37,188 nucleotides of DNA, taken from positions 1 to 37,188 of IMG/VR virus record IMGVR_UViG_3300020219_000034. One strand, written 5' to 3'. Source of the stretch: a virus. Lineage: Duplodnaviria; Caudoviricetes. Made by a program: the position numbers and the translations under genes. Shown here in pieces: positions 1-5,921 of the stretch. The notes beneath the pieces were generated by a model, which saw only the letters and a program-made list of their open reading frames with translations, did no database searches and was not told the DNA's origin. How positions within the stretch are numbered: position 1 is the stretch's first letter; each line of letters begins with the position of its first letter.

Positions 1-32
1 ACGCGGGCGGCGGTGATGGTGTAGATGGTCAT
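1..32 (-). CDS. 5' end of a leftward hypothetical gene, truncated by the window edge (MTIYTITAAR...)
   Basis: Minus-strand AGGAG (complement of 41-45) followed by ATG at 32-30; frame stays open to the window edge. Confidence 0.55.
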   Translation of the reverse strand, partial: MTIYTITAAR

Positions 33-102
33 GGTCTGTGCTCCTGAAGGTCGAGTATCCGTCGCTGCCCAGGACCGCGCCCTGGGCAGAGCGGAGACTC
101 GA

Positions 103-321
103 CTAGCCGGCCGCGTGGATCGCGTCTGTGAATTCGTCGAGGGTGAAGGTGAGGCCGGCCGTGACATCGCCCGCTTCATGGAACGTGACGAAGGTAACAT
201 CTGCGCCAAGATGGCGAGAGTAGCGAACGGCCGTCGACTCAACAACCGCCTCGAACGTCTCCCCGTCGAGTGCGAGGGTGACGCGGGTGCCTGCTGTTAG
301 ATTCGTTCTCATGCTGCTCAT
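103..321 (-). CDS. Small hypothetical phage protein (72 aa)
   Basis: Natural amino-acid composition, AGGA RBS upstream on the minus strand, downstream of a sigma70-like promoter. Confidence 0.7.
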   Translation of the reverse strand: MSSMRTNLTAGTRVTLALDGETFEAVVESTAVRYSRHLGADVTFVTFHEAGDVTAGLTFTLDEFTDAIHAAG

Positions 322-385
322 GTCATCCTGCTCTCTGCCCTCGCGGGCCGGCGTCGAACAGTCACAAGCGACCGTCGATAGAGGG

Positions 386-415
386 AGGATATGCTACGCG
401 CTCAGCGCGTGTCAA
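386..415 (-). promoter_or_regulatory. Leftward sigma70-type promoter TTGACA-N18-TATCCT with a palindrome in the spacer
   Basis: TGTCAA at 410-415 and AGGATA at 386-391 on the + strand; palindrome ACGCGCT-C-AGCGCGT at 396-410. Confidence 0.65.
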
Positions 416-499
416 CAGCAATCGACACGAGACCGAAAGAAAAGTGCAGAGCCGTGCGACATCTCAGGAAACCCCAATGAAATCACCACGTGCCATCCC

Positions 500-718
500 A
501 TGACCGACGCCCAACTCAACGCCGAACTACTCGCCAGACGTGTGAGGCTCACGAAAGAGGCCAGCACGCAAGCGCTCGAGCTTCGCGCTCGGCAGCTCTC
601 AGGACAGCAGCATGTCGGCCCCTGGGCTCCGGCAGCGCGGCTCGCCAAGCCACGGCGGCCGAAGCTGCAGGTGGCGCAGGTGGTGCAGGTGCAGCAATGG
701 CGCCGCGTGCGAGCTTAA
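500..718 (+). CDS. Hypothetical basic protein (MTDAQLNAELLARR..., 72 aa)
   Basis: ATG at 500 within the 278..718 frame; helical, basic composition; weak RBS. Confidence 0.45.
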   Translation: MTDAQLNAELLARRVRLTKEASTQALELRARQLSGQQHVGPWAPAARLAKPRRPKLQVAQVVQVQQWRRVRA

Positions 719-868
719 ACAGTCAAGCAATCCGGCTCGATACCACGATTCGCCTACGTGGACTGCTTGAATCACACACTCAAAAGAGTGGGCAAAAAGG
801 GAAGTGGCCAGAAACGGCACGCCTTCCTCACTGGCGCCGCGCCTCGCCCTTCAGGTAGAGTCCCGGCC

Positions 869-1423
869 ATGCGCTACACGCTGAACGGCGAGTTACCTCG
901 CCATCTCTATTGCTGGGTGGACACGGCGCACACGCACCGAGAGCCGGTCGGATTCGTGCCCGCGGTGTGGTTTGGCCTGGTCAGTCATCCGGGCCGGATG
1001 TGGGGCTGCACGGTGCTGCTGGAGTCCGGCGCGATCTACCGCAATCTCCCGCCGCACGCGCTGGCGTTCGACCCTGCGCCGACCGGGCTGTGGACGCCTC
1101 AAGACGCGCAGACGTGGGATTGCTACGGCACCGACTTCACCGCCCTCGAATACGCGTATCTCGCCGGGCTCCGGTGCCTTGTGCGCGCGCACCGCCACGA
1201 CCACCTCGGCACCTACCTCTTCACCGTGGCCCCAGTCGGAGACGGCTACAGCGCCTCGCCAGACCAGGCCAAGGAATTCACGTTCGTGCAGCTCGATAGC
1301 GGCTGGCTCACGATCCAGCCCACCAACCACACGGTGTTCGAGGAGAAGAGCTTCACCAGCCCCACGCTCACGTTCCCACGCGGCCTGAAGCGACAGAGCC
1401 AGACGCCATGGACGACCGAATGA
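869..1423 (+). CDS. Hypothetical phage protein (184 aa; VWFGLVS, LESGAIYRNLPPHAL, QTWDC motifs)
   Basis: Globular-looking sequence with strong GC3 bias starting at ATG 869; function not recognised. Confidence 0.8.
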   Translation: MRYTLNGELPRHLYCWVDTAHTHREPVGFVPAVWFGLVSHPGRMWGCTVLLESGAIYRNLPPHALAFDPAPTGLWTPQDAQTWDCYGTDFTALEYAYLAGLRCLVRAHRHDHLGTYLFTVAPVGDGYSASPDQAKEFTFVQLDSGWLTIQPTNHTVFEEKSFTSPTLTFPRGLKRQSQTPWTTE

Positions 1424-1789
1424 CGATGGCGCCGCGCCGGCAGGGCCCTCCGCAGCCCCGCGTGCCCACCCGTAACGCTTTTCCACCGAAGCGGGGCATA
1501 CTGGCCCTCTCCGGTGGCTCGCTCGCACGAGCCGTCGGATGTTTGCCCGTCCGTGGTCGTGCCAGCCAAGCGCCGGTGCCAGCCACGGCCGGGCCTTTTC
1601 ACTCGCTAGGAGCAGGCGATGTCCGCTGACTACACCGCCGTCGCCATCGCCCGGCTCGCCCTCGAGGGCGCGTTGACGTGCGGGGTGACGACACGCTACG
1701 CGCCAAGCGGCACGCAATGCCGCAGACCGTCGGCCATCCCGTGGCAGAGGCGCCCACGGCTAGGGACTTCCACTCGTCAGGAGCAGACC

Positions 1790-2425
1790 ATGAACGCACG
1801 AGACACGATTCGGTATCGCACGGCGGAACTAGTGCGGCGCTTTATCGTTCAGCTCTCGGCCCTCGACCATTACCAGGCCCGACGCCTGGCGGAAGAGCTC
1901 GCCATGAGCATCGACTTGTTGCACGCCGAAGAAAAGGCTAAGGAAAATGCCCCCTCCCCACCGGCGGGAGACCCGCGAAACACGATTCGGAATCGCACGG
2001 CGGGGCGGATGTGGCGCTTTCTCGCCGAACTATCGGCACTGCGCACGGGGCCGCTGTCCGCAATGGTCGAATATCCCCCGGTCCGGCGCCTAGCCGAAGA
2101 TCTCGTCACGAGCATCAACGCGATGCATACAGACGAAAAAGCGAATGGAAATGCCACCTCCCCACCGTCTGGACACCCGTCGCAGACGCCTGGCGGCGCC
2201 CGCTGGTTCTGGACGCCGGAGGCCGATGACAAGGGGACACCCGAGCAGCCGCGGTACATGGGCAGCGAGGCCGTCCGGTTGGCCGCCACGAACGCGGCGC
2301 AGATGGTCATGGCCCCCGCGTTCCGCCACCTGTTCCCGCGCGCTGTGCTGGCGGTCGTGCTCGACCACCACGACCTCCCGACCTACAGCACGGCCGTCAT
2401 CCTCCCCGACCCGACGGCCCGATGA
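1790..2425 (+). CDS. Hypothetical protein with an internal tandem duplication; possible alternative in-frame start at 1619
   Basis: AGGAG RBS before ATG 1790; two ~57-66 aa repeats; stop overlaps the terminase start (ATGA). Confidence 0.7.
   Translation: MNARDTIRYRTAELVRRFIVQLSALDHYQARRLAEELAMSIDLLHAEEKAKENAPSPPAGDPRNTIRNRTAGRMWRFLAELSALRTGPLSAMVEYPPVRRLAEDLVTSINAMHTDEKANGNATSPPSGHPSQTPGGARWFWTPEADDKGTPEQPRYMGSEAVRLAATNAAQMVMAPAFRHLFPRAVLAVVLDHHDLPTYSTAVILPDPTAR
1799..2173 (+). repeat. Degenerate tandem repeat (1799-1969 and 1976-2173): R.TIR.RTA...RF...LSAL...RRLAE.L..SI...H..EKA..NA.SPP.G
   Basis: Visible in both protein and DNA (cacgattcgg(t/a)atcgcacggcgg). Confidence 0.85.
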
Positions 2426-3876
2426 CCATCGAAGCCGTCCAGCGTCTCCATGCCGCCACAGCGCGGCTCGTGGCGCTCGAGGGCTGCGAGCTGTACACCT
2501 ACTTCCCGGAGTCGGGCCCCGTCCGCCGCGAGCTGTACCCGCGGCACATGGACCACTTCAAGGCGGGCGCGCAACACCGGCAGCGGCTGTTCATGGCCGC
2601 GAACCGGGTTGGGAAGACCCGCTCAGGCGCCTACGAGGTTGCCGCGCACGCCACTGGCGAGTACCCGGACTGGTGGACGGGCCGCGTCTTCCCGCACCGA
2701 ATCGACGTCTGGGCCGCCGGCAAGGACACCGGCACCACCAAAAACATCTTGCAGAAGGCGCTCGTCGGCGCGGTAGGCGAGGATGGCACCCTCTCCGGGG
2801 GCGGGATGATCCCGCTCGACCGGGTGATCCACGCCACCCGCAAGCCGCACAACCCCGGCGCGCTCGACACGGTGTGGGTGAGGCACAACGACGGCGGCAC
2901 GAGCATCATCCAGTTCAAGTCCTACGAGCAGGGAAGTAAAAGCTTCGAAGGCACGGAGCAGCACATCGTGTGGTTCGACGAAGAACCTCCGCTCGACTGC
3001 TACGCCGAGGCGGTTGTCCGCACCATGACCACGTCGGGCCTGATGATCACGACCTTCACGCCGCTCCAGGGCATGAGCGACGTCGTCTCGATGTTCGTGT
3101 CACCGTCGCCCGAGGCTGCGCAGTATCTCCATCTGACCACCGCCGGGTGGGACCACGTCCCGCACCTCGGCGAGGCCGAAAAGGCTGAACTCCTCGCCAC
3201 GACGCCACCGTTCCAGCGTGACGCGCGCAGCCAGGGCATCCCCCAACTGGGCTCCGGCGCCGTGTGGGCCTTCCCCGAATCAGAGCTGCGCGTCCCCAAC
3301 TTCGAGATCCCGCCCCACTGGAACAAGTGCTTCGGCCTGGACGTGGGCGGCGGCGCGAAGGCGACAGCCGCGGTCTGGCTCGCGATCGAACCGTCCGCCG
3401 GGGGCCGCGTCATCGTGACCGACAGCTACAAGCGTGAGAGCCCCGAGCCCGCCGTGCATCTCTCCGCGATCCGCGCTCGCGGCGAGGGCATCCCCGGGTC
3501 TGGCGATGCGGCGGCGCTCATCGTGACGGCCGGCGACGCCGAACAGCTGATCCGCGTCTACCAGCGTGGCGGCCTCGACCTCGAGCTGGCCGACAAAAGC
3601 GTCGAAGCGGGCATCGCGTCGGTCTGGCAGCTCTTCTCGGATGGCCGCCTCAAGGTCTTCGCGAGCTGCACCGAGTGGTGGGACGAGTGGCGCATGTATC
3701 AGCGCGACGCGAAGGGCCGCATCGTGAAAAAGAACGACCACTGCATGGACGCCACCCGCTACGCGATATACTCCGGCATCAAGCGCGCGCGGCCGGTGAC
3801 GACCAAGGCCCAGCAGCGGCGCGTCGCGTTCAACCGCGGGCGCCAGGCCGGCGGCGGATCGTGGATGGGCAGCTAG
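2422..3876 (+). CDS. terL: Terminase large subunit, P22-like
   Basis: Walker A AANRVGKT, Walker B VWFDEEPP, coupling motif TTFTP, RNase H-like nuclease motifs GLDVG and DHCMDATRY. Confidence 0.96.
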   Translation: MTIEAVQRLHAATARLVALEGCELYTYFPESGPVRRELYPRHMDHFKAGAQHRQRLFMAANRVGKTRSGAYEVAAHATGEYPDWWTGRVFPHRIDVWAAGKDTGTTKNILQKALVGAVGEDGTLSGGGMIPLDRVIHATRKPHNPGALDTVWVRHNDGGTSIIQFKSYEQGSKSFEGTEQHIVWFDEEPPLDCYAEAVVRTMTTSGLMITTFTPLQGMSDVVSMFVSPSPEAAQYLHLTTAGWDHVPHLGEAEKAELLATTPPFQRDARSQGIPQLGSGAVWAFPESELRVPNFEIPPHWNKCFGLDVGGGAKATAAVWLAIEPSAGGRVIVTDSYKRESPEPAVHLSAIRARGEGIPGSGDAAALIVTAGDAEQLIRVYQRGGLDLELADKSVEAGIASVWQLFSDGRLKVFASCTEWWDEWRMYQRDAKGRIVKKNDHCMDATRYAIYSGIKRARPVTTKAQQRRVAFNRGRQAGGGSWMGS

Positions 3877-3885
3877 GAGCAGAAG

Positions 3886-4134
3886 ATGACCGCACGAGTC
3901 GTCGCCACCCTGAAGAGGCTCGCCCACGCGTGGCACCACCCCTCGCATACCACCGCGGTGGCCCACGAGGACGATGCGGTCGTCCTGATCTGGTGCCAGA
4001 CCTGCCGGGAGGTATTCTTCGATCGCATCCACCCGCCACGCACCGCCGCCGGCGTCATGGAGAAGGCCGCCCGCTCGGGCGCGCTGGCCCAGGCGGGACG
4101 CGCGCAGTCCCGCAGGCGGAGGCGCCGTCGATGA
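3886..4134 (+). CDS. Small His/Cys protein (HAWHH...CQTC) with an Arg-rich tail; possibly metal-binding
   Basis: AGGAG RBS; stop overlaps the next start (ATGA). Confidence 0.7.
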   Translation: MTARVVATLKRLAHAWHHPSHTTAVAHEDDAVVLIWCQTCREVFFDRIHPPRTAAGVMEKAARSGALAQAGRAQSRRRRRRR

Positions 4135-4391
4135 CGTTCACCTGGCGTGGCATCCCGTCTGACCTGTGGTCGGCGCTCGTCGCGCGGGCGGCGGCCGAGC
4201 GCATCGGGATCGCGGCGATCGTCTCGCGCGCAGTGCGCCGTGACCTCACCCCGGAGTGCGGCATCTGGGTCGTGATGGACCAGCACACGCTCGTCAGTGC
4301 CCACCTGACCGCCGAGGCCGCGAGCGTGGCGGCCGTGCGCGTCGACGCGGCGACGGTGGAGCGCGTCCCGCTCGACAACTGGCTGACGTGA
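4131..4391 (+). CDS. Ribbon-helix-helix (Arc/CopG-like) DNA-binding protein with a C-terminal extension
   Basis: MTFTWRGIPSDLWSALVARAAAERIGIAAIVSRAV fits the beta-strand/helix/helix RHH pattern; translationally coupled on both sides. Confidence 0.65.
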   Translation: MTFTWRGIPSDLWSALVARAAAERIGIAAIVSRAVRRDLTPECGIWVVMDQHTLVSAHLTAEAASVAAVRVDAATVERVPLDNWLT

Positions 4392-4972
4392 TGGGCGCCG
4401 CACCAACCACCGCCCCCGCGATGCAGATCATCCAGATCTTCGACGACGTCTTGCCTAACCCGCACGCCGTACGCGCCGCGGCGCTGGCGATGCCCCGGCG
4501 TTCGGTCACGTTCGGCGACGACACCTTCCACGGCATCGCGGAGCAGGCGACCATCGACCTCCTCGCGGCGCTCGATGCGCTGGTGCCCAGCTTCACGCCC
4601 ACGCTCTCGTTCACCAGGCAGAGCCCCCGCGGCCAAGTCGAACCGAACTTCATCCACTCCGACGCGATGATGGGCGACCTGACGGCCATCTACTACATGA
4701 CCCCGGTGGACGTCGCGGGCGACGGCACCACGTTCTGGCGCCACCGGCACTCTGGCGCGATCGATGGCGATTGGAATATCACGGTCATGCGGAACCGCCG
4801 GCTGTGGAAGCCGTGGGTCCGCGTCTCGGCCAAGTTCAACCGGCTGGTGCTGTTCAAGTCGGACCTGTTCCATTCGCGGAGCCTCGAGGAGAACCACGGG
4901 GAGGGCGATGGCGCGCGCCTCACGCACGTCGTGTTCGGCACGCTCGAGCCGCCGGTGATGTGGGGCTGGTGA
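4391..4972 (+). CDS. 2OG-Fe(II) oxygenase superfamily protein (DUF6445-like)
   Basis: IFDDVLPNP start, HxD (IHSD), GTTFW, FNRLVLF, distal His (LFHS) and 2OG-binding Arg (ARLTHVVF). Start could be 4421. Confidence 0.85.
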   Translation: MGAAPTTAPAMQIIQIFDDVLPNPHAVRAAALAMPRRSVTFGDDTFHGIAEQATIDLLAALDALVPSFTPTLSFTRQSPRGQVEPNFIHSDAMMGDLTAIYYMTPVDVAGDGTTFWRHRHSGAIDGDWNITVMRNRRLWKPWVRVSAKFNRLVLFKSDLFHSRSLEENHGEGDGARLTHVVFGTLEPPVMWGW

Positions 4973-5211
4973 TGACTCTCACGCGCCGCCGCTTCCTTGC
5001 CGCGACGACCGCCGCCGTCGCCGGCGCCGTGTTCGACCCAGAGCGCGCCCTGTGGATACCGGGCCAGCGGAGCTACTTCGACATCGTGCGCCCGCAGCAC
5101 GCCGAGTGGCCTCGATTACGGCGTCTCCGCCAAGGGGACGTGATCACCCTCTCCGGATACGAAGGCACGTTCGTCGTCACCAGCGTCGTCACCAGCGATG
5201 GCCGCCGCTGA
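4972..5211 (+). CDS. Small protein with a twin-arginine-like N-terminus (TRRRFL) (79 aa)
   Basis: [21 protein letters not shown]; TGATG coupling at both ends. Confidence 0.75.
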   Translation: MTLTRRRFLAATTAAVAGAVFDPERALWIPGQRSYFDIVRPQHAEWPRLRRLRQGDVITLSGYEGTFVVTSVVTSDGRR

Positions 5212-5354
5212 TGCCGTCGTGCGCCGTCCGCGACTGCGGGAATCCGGACTGCCACCTATGCGAACTGAACCGGCAGTGGGTCCGAGACGCGCTCGCCTTG
5301 CCGCCGCCGCCGCCGCGGAAGACGACGCCACCACGGAAAGCGTCAACGCGCTGA
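5211..5354 (+). CDS. Cys-rich peptide (C-x4-C-x4-C-x2-C) with a Pro/Lys/Arg tail (47 aa)
   Basis: TGATG coupling with the upstream gene; four Cys suggest zinc binding. Confidence 0.55.
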   Translation: MPSCAVRDCGNPDCHLCELNRQWVRDALALPPPPPRKTTPPRKASTR

Positions 5355-5370
5355 CGGTTTCGTGTATGCT
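5341..5370 (+). promoter_or_regulatory. Palindrome CGTCA-N6-TGACG followed by a -10-like TATGCT, upstream of the tRNA
   Basis: CGTCA 5341-5345, TGACG 5352-5356, TATGCT 5365-5370, six nt before the tRNA 5' end. Confidence 0.55.
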
Positions 5371-5376
5371 CTGGGT

Positions 5377-5451
5377 CGCAGGGTAGCTCAGTGGCAGAGC
5401 GCCAGGCTCATAACCTGGAAGCCGCGGGTTCAATTCCCGCTCCTGCAACCA
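5377..5451 (+). tRNA. tRNA with CAT anticodon, initiator-like (fMet), encoded CCA end
   Basis: Cloverleaf: acceptor CGCAGGG/TCCTGCA with C1:A72 mismatch, D stem GCTC/GAGC, anticodon arm CCAGG-CTCATAA-CCTGG, T arm GCGGG-TTCAATT-CCCGC, ACCA end. Confidence 0.95.
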
Positions 5452-5459
5452 ACGCCCAA

Positions 5460-5921
5460 ATGAGCCGCCCCTTCAAGCGCATCGAGAGCGAGTATTCGCC
5501 GCAGCAGATCGCGAAGCTGCACATCCGGCAGGTCATCGAGGGTATCTGCGCCGACGACCTGATCCTCTGCGAAGTCGTCGCCCAGGGTGAGAAGGTGTGG
5601 CGGGCAACGATGCGGGAAGCGTTCGCACCAGTCATGGACCTGCCGGACGAAATCTGCGACAGGGCCTATCTGTTTTTCTGCGGCGCGGTGCAGGCGCGGT
5701 TCACGCTCGACCAGGATCACGCGGAGGCCATGCACCTGGCTGGCGCGTTCCTCGACCAGGTGGAGCCCGTGACCCCGCCCACGCAGGCCGAGATCGACAA
5801 GTCGTGGGTCATCGAAGAGGCGAGCCACCCGGACGCGATCCGCCAGCAGTACGGCGACAAGTCCCCGCAGCAGTGGCTGGACGAGGCCATCGCTGACGGC
5901 CACGACAAGGGGATCGACTGA
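5460..5921 (+). CDS. Hypothetical acidic protein (153 aa)
   Basis: ATG after the tRNA (8-nt gap); strong GC3 bias; TGATG coupling to the portal gene. Confidence 0.8.
   Translation: MSRPFKRIESEYSPQQIAKLHIRQVIEGICADDLILCEVVAQGEKVWRATMREAFAPVMDLPDEICDRAYLFFCGAVQARFTLDQDHAEAMHLAGAFLDQVEPVTPPTQAEIDKSWVIEEASHPDAIRQQYGDKSPQQWLDEAIADGHDKGID

Noticed and set aside
1408-1629. 73-aa ORF after the 869..1423 gene
   Set aside because: Pro/Arg-rich with poor codon bias, and it overlaps hairpins better explained as RNA structure.
5377-5451. tRNA as a prophage attachment site
   Set aside because: Flanked on both sides by core phage genes; no integrase and no duplicated tRNA 3' end seen in the window.
5391-5459. 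ORF-track start at 5391 for the pre-portal gene
   Set aside because: It lies inside the tRNA; ATG 5460 is the more plausible start.
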